Part shown: in pieces, positions 1-7,635 of the stretch | Numbering within the stretch: position 1 is the first letter of the stretch | Layout of the letters: each line of letters starts with the position of its first letter | DNA from: Octopus sinensis | Taxonomy: Eukaryota | Length of the DNA stretch: 9,019 bases | Direction of reading: 5' to 3' | Assembly: GCF_006345805.1 (NCBI RefSeq) | Contig: NW_021828199.1 | Coordinates: 1-9,019, forward strand | Notes under the pieces: generated by a model | Told to the model about the DNA's origin: nothing | What the model saw: the letters and a program-made list of their open reading frames with translations, nothing else | Databases searched by the model: none | Translations under genes and position numbers: made by a program

Positions 1-355
1 TATGCATGTGTGTGTGTGGTGTGTTTAGTGTGTGTTTGTTTGTGTGTGGTGTTGCGCGTGCATGGTTGGGGTGTTGCGTGTACACACACACACAATTATA
101 TAGTTACACGTTTACTGAAATCTGAATGTATGGCGGATAATGTGATCGTGTTTTTGGACAGAAGCGTTCATTGTATGCACATATAAATTCCCGTATGCAC
201 ACACATGCAGAAATACGCATGCATGTGCACATGATGCACACACACACACACACACATACACAGTGTACATAAACTCGCACACACGCACACATACACACAT
301 ATACACATACATAAACGTATGCACATACACATGCAAACGCGGAAACACACATGCT
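1..355. repeat. Degenerate (TG)n/(CA)n/(CATA)n microsatellite region
   Basis: Direct: gtgtgt runs 7-80, (CA)n 82-94, and (CA)n/(CATA)n-like runs about 175-352. Confidence 0.9.
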
Positions 356-360
356 AGACA

Positions 361-792
361 TCTTTTACTTGGTTCAGTCATTAGACTGCGGCCATGCTGG
401 AGGCACAGCGTTGAAGAATCTTTTAGTCGAATGAATCGACGCAAGTATTTTGTTTTTTAAACCCGGTACTTATTGTATCAGTTCTTTTTGCCGAACCGCT
501 ACGGTACAAGAACGTAAACACACCATCACTGGTTGTCAAGTGGTGGCGGGGACATACATATATGCAAAGACATACACACATACACATACACAAATATATA
601 TAGATATATATATACATACACATACGTATATATATATATTTGTGTGTGTGTCTGTGTGTATATATATTTACATACATACATACATATATATATAATATTA
701 TGTTGTATATGTCTAATACATACAACATACATACATACATACATACTACATACATACAAATATACATACCAAATATATATATAATATATATA

Positions 793-832
<40 letters not shown>

Positions 833-982
833 CTTCATTCCGTTTACCTAATCCACTCAAAAGACTTTGGTCGGCTCGAGGCTATAGCAGAAATCACTTA
901 CCCAAGGTGCTACGCAATGGGACTGAACCCGAAACCATGTGGTTTGGAAGCAAGCTTGTTACTACACAGCCACATCAGCGCC
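361..982 (-). mobile_element. Family C tRNA-derived SINE (CORE-like), full length, with an expanded internal microsatellite
   Basis: Reverse complement starts GGCGCTGATGTGGCTGTGTAGTAAC (A-box-like), then GGGTTCAGTCCC (B-box-like) and CACCTTGGGTAAGTG (CORE-like), then the microsatellite, then the tail CCAGCATGGCCGCAGTCTAATGACTGAACCAAGTAAAAGA. Colinear with the + copy at 4028-4424. No clear TSD. Confidence 0.88.
555..830. repeat. Compound (CA)/(TA)/(TACA) microsatellite inside SINE C copy 1
   Basis: Direct: catacata, tatata and tgtgtg runs; near-pure (TA)n about 798-830. Confidence 0.95.
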
Positions 983-1485
983 TATACTCAGTTTAATTTT
1001 ATACACACGCATAGACACACGTAAAAGTTATTTCGTAACAGCAAATATATATCCGTCACCATCATCCACATCATCAACATCACCATCATCATTATAAGCA
1101 GCAGCATTAACTTCATTAACTACGACAAGAACAACAACAACAACAATAACGTCGAAACAGCGATGAATCGAACGAACAAACACCACCAAGAAATGTGTAA
1201 TAAATAGCAAAACATTCAACAACGATAATAATATCGATGAAAATAAGGTGAAGAAAAGGAAATGATGATTCCAGTGAGAATAAAAAAAAAAGTTCAAAAC
1301 TAAACAAAATAGTAACGTATTTTCTGCGCGGAATGATAAATAAAATAACATTAACAGTAACCGACAAACAACGAAGTGAAGAGGGGCGGAGTAATTCGAA
1401 CCTTGGACCACGCCTTCTCTTGAAGAGAATAACGAATACCAAGCAGGCAGCAGCAGACTTCTATGCGTGTATTCTATACTTTGTG

Positions 1486-1600
1486 AAGTGGATGAGGCGG
1501 AGTAATACATATATAATGAGAGTAGTGATGGGGTGTATATATACGTTATATTGTTTAAGTGGATGAAGCGGAGTAATATACACGTAATGTGAGTAGTGAT
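1486..1600 (+). repeat. Two-copy direct repeat (44-nt core, 71-bp period) with a third partial copy at 1374-1395
   Basis: aagtggatgaggcggagtaatacatatataatgagagtagtgat (1486-1529) vs aagtggatgaagcggagtaatatacacgtaatgtgagtagtgat (1557-1600): 38/44 identical. aagtgaagaggggcggagtaat at 1374-1395. Confidence 0.85.
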
Positions 1601-1669
1601 AAGGTCTGTCGGCTGCTTCAGTTTTTTTGTTGTTGCTTTCATTAAAATCGTCAGAAGTTTGCTTAAAGT

Positions 1670-2160
1670 TTCTTCTTCCGTTTCGTTTTATTCATTTTTC
1701 CTTCTTTCAGTTTATTCACTCTTTCATTCTTATTTTCTTTCATCCAATTTCTCAATCTATTTCTGCTTTATTTAATAATATATATATTATTATATATAAA
1801 ATTTTACCGCCATTCGTTCTTCATTGCTTTATTTTCCTCGTCCTTTCATTCCAGTTTCTTCCCACCATCATCCTTCATTCCTAATTTTCTTTCTTTCTTT
1901 TCGTTCAGTCCTTTATTTTTTCTCCATTTATTCTTCTCTTTTCCTTCTTTCTTTCCTTCTTCCTTTTATTCTTTGTTCCTTTAAAGTTTATCTTACTAAA
2001 ATTTTTAATATTTCTTTATTATGTGATTTTAATATTTAATTTTTTTCTTTTATTCATCCATTCTTTCCATCTAGCTTCCTTTCTTCTTTTCTGTCGCACT
2101 TTTTCTCCCCTTTCTTTTTTCTTTCTTTCCTTCTTCTTTCTTCTTTCTTTCTTTCTTTTA
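1670..2160. repeat. Pyrimidine-rich low-complexity tract (TTC/TTTC-like)
   Basis: Direct: T/C-dominated; uninterrupted pyrimidines 2099-2159. Confidence 0.85.
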
Positions 2161-2184
2161 GTCAGTCTTAAAAATCACTATCAC

Positions 2185-2293
2185 ACTACCACCACCACTA
2201 CCACTATGATGATGATCATCATCATCATCATCATCATCATTATCACAACCACCATCATCGTCGTCGCCGTCGTCATCATCATCATCATCGTCG

Positions 2294-2324
<31 letters not shown>

Positions 2325-2465
2325 TTTCCCATCATCAACATCATCACTTTCGCCACCGTAATCGTCGTCGTCGTCGTCATCATCGTCGTCGTCGTCATCA
2401 TCATCATCGTCGTTGTCGTCGTCACCATCGTCATCACCACCACCACCGGCACCTCCACCACCTCA
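2185..2465. repeat. (CAC)/(CAT)/(CGT)n trinucleotide microsatellite
   Basis: Direct: catcatcat, cgtcgtcgt and accaccacc runs. Confidence 0.95.
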
Positions 2466-2730
2466 ATCATTATTACATCTTACCCCACCCGCCGTTACTA
2501 TCACAGAGTCAACGAGGAAGACTCTAGAAATAACAGCCAAATATCCCTTATACCACACTCTACCGGGGCTTTCCGTTTTTTTTTTTTTTTTTTGCTGTAT
2601 CTTTCAAAAGAGCAGAACGCATTGTATGAAAGGGATCTTCAATACGTTGAGAGTTACGTGGATTTGGGATACGTAATACCTAAGGGAGTTAAACGCTTCT
2701 GTCTTATAAAGCATTGCCCTCAAGTATTTA

Positions 2731-2998
2731 CAGGCATACCTCAAATTACGTCGCTAATTCATATGTAACTTCGTACATTTGAAAAAAAATTGGTTTGTAC
2801 ATATTTTCACGTGTATTTTATTTGACTTCCAACTTCAGTATTGAATTTTAGATGGTTTTCCTTATTTTTATATCCGACGTATAATCGGATATATTGACTG
2901 TAGCTGAAGTTCATTTTTGCCATTAATTTCTAAAAAGAAACACCTTCATAAAGTCGAAAAATATCTAACTCGAAACGACGTAAGTTGAGGCATGCTTG
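2731..2998. mobile_element. Tigger/pogo-type MITE (268 bp) with 23-bp TIRs and TA TSDs
   Basis: Left TA|caggcatacctcaaattacgtcg (2731-2753). Right cgacgtaagttgaggcatgcttg|TA (2976-2998), whose reverse complement caagcatgcctcaacttacgtcg matches 20/23. A CAGGCATACCTC start is typical of Tigger1-like TIRs. No ORF inside. Confidence 0.88.
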
Positions 2999-3189
2999 TA
3001 CTCTCTTTGGAACCAAGAACAAATGGAGAAAACCCGAAAAGAATTCAAGGCTAGAAGGTATCATAGAATTCGAAAGTTTAATTGGTATTAAATTCCCAGT
3101 ACTTTTCGGCCAATCAACTGCAGGGACCACAATTCACACTTGTTCTGAAATATTCTTGTTGATGAGAAACAATCGCGGTTCTCCAATAT

Positions 3190-3592
3190 CAGTCTTCATG
3201 TATCACGGGTGTCTGGTTCCAAAGAAAATAAAACAACAAAATCAGTGATAAGTGAATCCCTGATAAACGAATCATTTCCAAACACTTTGGAAATAGATCT
3301 AATGGTAGATTCATTGACACCAAACGCACGGCCCATAGCAGCGAGGCTTCAACGGTCACATATCTTTTCTTTTGGTTACTGGTAAACATAAGCGACAGTT
3401 AGTGCATTGCTGGTAGCTGGACACTGGGTGATGCCTTTAGCGCGTTTTTCGATGTAGACAGAATCTTCGACTGGTCACCGATCCGTGTTATATCAGATCA
3501 TATCAGTGATAAGCGTAGTATAGTTCACAAATGAACGTATCTTGTTCTTTCGGATGAGTGATGACAAGAATTAGTGATAAACGGGACATGTG
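3190..3592 (-). mobile_element. Internally deleted Tigger/pogo DNA transposon with a transposase N-terminal HTH (HTH_psq/CENP-B N) remnant
   Basis: Minus strand 3348-3286 translates SLAAMGRAFGVNESTIRSISK (GR-x-FGVNESTIR-x-I is typical of Tigger/TIGD HTH). It is preceded in another frame by MFTSNQKKRYVTVE (from 3389). Degenerate ends cagtcttcatgtatcac (3190) and gtgataaacgggacatgtg (3574-3592), with repeated (g)tgataa subterminal motifs. Boundaries approximate. Confidence 0.7.
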
Positions 3593-3772
3593 TTAGTAAA
3601 TTAGAAGAGCTAGCACCGCTTTAAAATGCAATATTGTAAATATCATATGCATCCATGCTGTCAAATGGGTAGCTGCGAGGTGTTGGTTGAATAATTATGT
3701 TGGTAGTCTAGTGATCACCGTTATTCGACAACAGGAACAACAGCAGTAGAATAAGGGCTGTACCCTTGAACA

Positions 3773-3855
3773 AAAGACTAGATTGTGACGGCTGAGACCA
3801 TATGTCTTTAATCAAATGTCTGCTGGATCGAAGTTCACCAAGAACTGAACAACAA
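3773..3855 (+). repeat. Fragment of an old dispersed repeat 3' end, related to 5039-5110
   Basis: aaagactagattgtgacggctgagaccatatgtctttaatca...aacaacaa vs aaagacggaatagtcatagctggatatcttaatca...caacaac; weak alignment by eye. Confidence 0.35.
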
Positions 3856-4027
3856 TAGCAATTGTTTTTTTTTTTTCATTTTCGTGAATTATCTTGGTGC
3901 TTTGCTTGGGATTGAACGCAGAACATCTTAGGTGACTGCATTGCTTTAGCCAGAACTCCTTTATCTACGGGCATAGCGTAGTAGATAAAGACGTTAATCA
4001 ACTGAAGTAAAAAAAAAATAATGAATT

Positions 4028-4196
4028 GGCGCAGGTGTGGCTGCGTGGTAAGAAGCTTGCTTCCAAACCACATGGTTCCGGGTTCAGTCCCACTGCGTGG
4101 CACCTTGGGCAAGAGTCTTCTATAGCTTCGGATCGACCGAAGCCTTGAGAGTGGAAACTGAAAAAAGCCCGTCGAATATATATATATATACATATA

Positions 4197-4248
<52 letters not shown>

Positions 4249-4424
4249 TTGTGTGTGTGTTTGTCCTCCCACTATCGTTTGACGGTTCCGCAAAACAGAC
4301 CGATAGAATAAGTACTTGGCTCACAAAGAGTAAGTCCTGGGGTCTGTTTCTTCGACTAAAGTCGGTGTTCCAGCATGGCCGAAATCAAATGACTGAAACA
4401 AGCAAAACAATAAAAAGAAAAAAA
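4028..4424 (+). mobile_element. Family C tRNA-derived SINE (CORE-like), near full length
   Basis: GGCGCAGGTGTGGCTGCGTGGTAAG (A box), GGGTTCAGTCCC (B-box-like), CACCTTGGGCAAG (CORE-like), internal (TA)/(CA)n 4176-4260, tail CCAGCATGGCCGAAATCAAATGACTGAAACAAG plus an A-rich end. Homologous to 361-982. Confidence 0.9.
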
Positions 4425-4504
4425 GTCACAAAACGCAGTGAGTGGAATGAGAACCGTGTACCACCGTGGATCAAATAAAGGGTTAGGTTTGAAATTTTGA
4501 TATA

Positions 4505-4610
4505 ACAGGTGAGTTCAACACAAGGCACCTGAAGAAGCCTGGAACGTACAACAGCCAAAATGCAGTGTAAGTAACAATCAAGATGGGGATACCAGTTTTA
4601 CTAATATAAA
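4505..4610 (+). mobile_element. Probable Penelope-like element terminal remnant with a decayed hammerhead core
   Basis: aacac...CTGAAGA(4529-4535)-agcctg-loop-cagcc-AAAATG-cagtgt. Fits the CTGANGA-stem II-CGAAACG layout if both CpGs have decayed. Confidence 0.45.
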
Positions 4611-4623
4611 TACATAATATGAT

Positions 4624-5007
4624 GTGGAGGCGCAATGGCCCAGTGGTTAGGGCAGCGGACTTGCGGTCGTAGGATCGCGGTTTCGATTCCCAGACCGGGC
4701 GTTGTGAGTGTTTATTGAGCGAAAACACCTAAAAGCTCCACGAGGCTCCGGCAGGGATGGTGGTGATCCCTGCTGTACTCTTTCACCACAACTTTCTCTC
4801 ACTCTTACTTCCTGTTTCTGTTGTACCTGTATTTCAAAGGGCCGGCCTTATCACTCTCTGTGTCATGCTGAATATCCCCGAGAACAACGTTAAGGGTGCA
4901 CGTGTCTGTGGAGTGCTCAGCCACTTACATGTTAATTTCACGAGCAGGCTGTTCCGTTGATCAGATCAACCGGAACCCTCGCCGTCGGAACCGACGGAGT
5001 GCTTCCA
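4624..5007 (+). mobile_element. Family A tRNA-derived SINE, full length, with 12-bp TSD
   Basis: A box TGGCCCAGTGG, B box GTTTCGATTCC; TSD acataatatgat at 4612-4623 and 5008-5019; highly similar to 6694-7084 and 8780-9019. Confidence 0.95.
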
Positions 5008-5038
5008 ACATAATATGATTCTTAGATTCTTAAAATAT

Positions 5039-5110
5039 AAAGACGGAATAGTCATAGCTGGATATCTTAATCACGAGGATCACCAGTTATGACCAGAAGC
5101 AGCAACAACT
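5039..5110 (+). repeat. Fragment of an old dispersed repeat 3' end, related to 3773-3855
   Basis: Weak similarity by eye to 3773-3855; ends in caacaac. Confidence 0.35.
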
Positions 5111-5117
5111 AATAATT

Positions 5118-5477
5118 CACTTTATTGATTCCAGAAGTATGGGAGCAAAAAGCTGGCGAGCTGGCAGAAACGTTAGCACGTCGGTCAAGATGCTTAACGG
5201 CATTTCGTCTGCCGCTACGTCCTGAGTTCAAATTCCGCCGAGGTCGACTTTGCCTTTCGGGGTCGATTAAATAAGTACCAGTTCCGCACTGGGGTCGATA
5301 TAATCGACTTAATCACTTTGTCTGTCCTTGCTTGTCTCCTGTATGTTTATGCCCCTGTGGGCAATAAAGAAATAAGAATGTATGGGAGGACAAGTCGTTG
5401 AAAGCAGAATCCCACCGAAATAACCGAGAAACCCAGAAAAATTAAGTGGGACACTCTACTTGTTCTACTAGCCCACC
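5118..5477 (-). mobile_element. Old, diverged family-B-like SINE interrupted by a younger family B copy
   Basis: gggacactctacttgttctactagcccacc (5448-5477) matches the reverse complement of the B head at about 17/30. The flanks cactttattgattccagaagtatgggag..aagtcg resemble the reverse complement of the B middle. Confidence 0.45.
5151..5374 (+). mobile_element. Family B SINE
   Basis: Head GGCGAGCTGGCAGAAACGTTAGC, B-box-like GAGTTCAAATTCC, tail TGTGGGCAATAAAGAAATAA. Imperfect TSD agaa(t)gtatgggag at 5133-5145 and 5375-5388. Homologous to 7312-7501. Confidence 0.9.
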
Positions 5478-5811
5478 AACAACAATCTCAGAAGATACTG
5501 GTGAAAATATCCCTTTGATGGTAACCCTATGAGTCGACTGTCCGCGATGGATTTTGAAAAAAAATCTCGCTGCGATATTATGTGTAAACAAGCTTATCTC
5601 TAAAGGTTTACCTAAAACTTAAGGCTACTGTCTTCAATGCTGACCATGTCACTGCACGTGTATGTGTAGGTAATATGCTAGCTTAACCTTTTACTTGAGG
5701 TGTACATATAGTGTTATCGTATAGAGTGGAAGTTTAATACGAAGTTTTGAACTCATCTTGTGGTTAGTAATCCATTACCTTAGATTTGGAGCCATTAAGT
5801 CTTTAAGCAGT

Positions 5812-5995
5812 ATTTTACCGGGTTTAGTTTTTCGACTGTCGCCATGATGGAGTATCGCCTTCAAAAATTTAATTGATCATACTGACTTCAGTACGTATTT
5901 CAATCTGGCATTTATTTTATAGATCTCTGCTTGATGAACTGTTAACTTTGCGACATAGTGGGACACAATACTCGATTTAACAACAAATGTAAACA
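5812..5995 (-). mobile_element. Diverged 3' half of a family C SINE
   Basis: ttttaccgggtttagtttttcgactgtcgccatgatggagtatcgccttcaaaaattt...ctggcatttattttatagatct aligns with 362-500 (cttttacttggttcagtcattagactgcggccatgctgga...ccggtacttattgtatcagttct). Confidence 0.65.
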
Positions 5996-6012
5996 CACAT
6001 ACACACGCATTA

Positions 6013-6159
6013 GGTGCAAGAAGGACTGTGTGGTTCGAAGTTTGCTTCCCAACCACATGGTTCCACGTTCAGTCCCTCTGTATGGTACCCTGGGCAAATG
6101 TTTCTACTATAGCCTTAGCCAACCAGAAACTTGTGACTGAATTTGGTAGACGGAAACTG
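6013..6159 (+). mobile_element. 5' half (tRNA head and CORE-like region) of a family C SINE
   Basis: ggtgcaagaaggactgtgtggttcgaagtttgcttcccaaccacatggttccacgttcagtccc...accctgggcaaatg...tttggtagacggaaactg; colinear with 4028-4160. Confidence 0.85.
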
Positions 6160-6319
6160 CAGCGTTGGTCATCAGAAAATGACCGAAAAATATGTCTATA
6201 AAGAAGAGTTGTTTTTTTTTCATACTCCTCGAATGTCGATTCTGCCCATAAGAAAGGAATAAATAATTCAATAGGGCTGAAGGTCATAACACCTGGGCAA
6301 CGCTGGGGTGCATTGCTAG
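6160..6319 (+). mobile_element. Helitron 3' terminal fragment
   Basis: cctgggcaacgctggggtgcattgCTAG|T (6292-6320): a GC-rich subterminal hairpin (CpG-decayed CCGGGCAACGCCGGG), then the CTAG terminus and T. The 5' boundary is a guess. Confidence 0.65.
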
Positions 6320-6320
6320 T

Positions 6321-6324
6321 ATGT

Positions 6325-6364
<40 letters not shown>
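6321..6364. repeat. (TG)n microsatellite
   Basis: Direct: pure (TG)n from about 6330. Confidence 0.95.
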
Positions 6365-6369
<5 letters not shown>

Positions 6370-6585
6370 GAATCTATTAGCAACATTTACAATTTGGATT
6401 ATTCTCTATTACAATCCGTTACGTTTTCAAACAATTTTAATTAAATTTATCTAGTAATTCTGATTGATCTACAGCAGTCCTTGCATTAGAATAAGGCATT
6501 TTAATCTATGCACTTCAACTCGTTAAATGGGTTCCGAGATGCTATGAATCTGAATATCTTACCTGAGATGCACAAACACCTGTGA

Positions 6586-6693
6586 AGGTGCGAGGTGCAG
6601 TGGTTAAAATTTTAGGATCTGGGCGGCGCTTGAGGTTCTCAAGAAAGGCAGTTTATTTCCAGTTGCTCAAGTACATGTAACTGTAAAAGATGT
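6586..6693 (+). mobile_element. Very old SINE 5' remnant (target of the family A insertion)
   Basis: aggtgcgaggtgcagtggttaaa (A-box-like), then ctgggcggcgcttgaggttctcaagaaaggcagtttatttccagttgctcaagt, resembling the post-B-box segment of tRNA-SINE heads (compare family A ccgggcgttgtgagtgtttattgagcgaaaacac). Confidence 0.4.
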
Positions 6694-7084
6694 GGGATGG
6701 TTGGAAGCACTCCGTCGGTTACGACGACGAGGGTTCCGGTTGATCCGATCAACGGAACAGCCTGCTCGTGAAATTAACGTGCAAGTGGCTGAGCACTCCA
6801 CAGACACGTGTACCCTTAATGTAGTTCTATGTAGATTCACCGTGACACAGAGAGTGACACGGCCGGCCCTTTGAAATACAGGTACAACAGAAACAGGAAG
6901 TAAGAGTGAGAGAAAGTTGTGGTGAAAGAGTACAGCAGGGATCACCACTATCCCCTGCCGGGGCCTCGTGGAGCTTTAGGTGTTTTCGCTCAATAAACAC
7001 TCACAACGCCCGGTCTGGGAATCGAACCCGCGATCCTACGACCGCGAGTCCGCTGCCCTAACTACTGGGCCATTGCGCCTCCGC
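6694..7084 (-). mobile_element. Family A tRNA-derived SINE, full length, with 13-bp TSD
   Basis: Reverse complement GCGGAGGCGCAATGGCCCAGTAGTTAGG...GGGTTCGATTCCC (canonical B box)...GACGGAGTGCTTCCAACCATCCC; TSD ctgtaaaagatgt at 6681-6693 and 7085-7097. Confidence 0.95.
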
Positions 7085-7097
7085 CTGTAAAAGATGT

Positions 7098-7635
7098 ACT
7101 AGAGCGTCGTCATATGACAAATATCTTTTCCTCGATCAAGAGCGAAACTACGAGGTTCGAAGACAATCAGATTCATTCGTAGTTCCAACCGTAAACGAGG
7201 CGACTGGCTCTCCGCCAGCGTTCGCTTCGATGACATAGGAAGGATCCTGCATGAGAAACCATTAATGGTTCCGTGGTGAGTATGGTTCCAAACAGAAACT
7301 TTACAGGAATTAAGGCGGCGAACTGGCAGAAACGTTAGCACGCCGGTATTTCGTCTGCCGCGACGTCCTGAGTTCAAATTCCGCCAGGGTCGAATAAATA
7401 AGTACCAGTTATGCACTGGAGTCGATATAATCGACTCAATCCGTTTGTCTGTCCTTGTTTGTCTCCTCTGTGTATAGTCCCTTGTGGGCAGTAAAGAAAT
7501 GAGAAACTTTACAGGAATTGATGGAAGAGTATTATTTGGAGTGAAGCCTGCGGTTTAATTTGACTCAGTACCGGAAAACTCATCTGGACCGGACACCAGT
7601 AGGATTTACAGCTCGTAGCTTTTTCTCGATCCAGT
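7098..7635 (+). pseudogene. Decayed 18S rRNA fragment (post-V4 through V5, about 330 nt) interrupted by SINE B
   Basis: Colinear degenerate SSU motifs: gatcaagagcgaaactacgaggttcgaagacaatcagat..cgtagttccaaccgtaaacga; ggttccgtggtgagtatggttcca; gaaactttacaggaattgatggaag (vs GAAACTTAAAGGAATTGACGGAAG); ggagtgaagcctgcggtttaatttgactca (eukaryotic signature); ccggacac..aggatttacag..tagctttttctcgat. Confidence 0.9.
7312..7501 (+). mobile_element. Family B SINE with a perfect 18-bp TSD, inserted in the 18S fragment
   Basis: TSD agaaactttacaggaatt at 7294-7311 and 7502-7519; homologous to 5151-5374 with two internal deletions. Confidence 0.95.

Noticed and set aside
104-860. ORFs rich in C/V/Y/I/H/T
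   Set aside because: Translations of CA/TA microsatellites and SINE C
1374-1600. CRISPR-like repeat-spacer array
   Set aside because: Eukaryotic context, only 2-3 degenerate copies, irregular spacing, no cas genes
1028-1642. 204-aa minus-strand ORF, the longest in the window
   Set aside because: Low-complexity F/L/V content from A-rich and triplet sequence, non-ATG start, no recognisable domain
1627-2676. Hydrophobic, poly-Ile and poly-Ser/Pro ORFs; polypyrimidine tract plus AG at 2099-2161 as a splice acceptor
   Set aside because: Explained by simple repeats; downstream frames stop or read only microsatellite, so no exon support
2985-3248. 87-aa ORF
   Set aside because: Starts in a MITE TIR and ends in the second Tigger element; no recognisable motif
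4624-4700. tRNA genes at the SINE heads (also 4028, 7010-7084, 8780)
   Set aside because: A/B boxes are present but there is no intact cloverleaf, and each continues into a SINE body
4757-4960. Near-identical ORFs here and at 6667-6948 suggesting a duplicated gene
   Set aside because: They lie within or start within family A SINE copies
6590-6625. ggtgcagtggttaaaattttaggatc as an upstream extension of 18S (AGAGGTGAAATTCTTGGATC)
   Set aside because: Weak match, about 60 bp out of register with the 18S fragment; an old SINE head fits at least as well
7098-7635. Functional rRNA gene or contaminant rDNA
   Set aside because: Partial, mutated at invariant positions, and interrupted by a host-type SINE with a TSD
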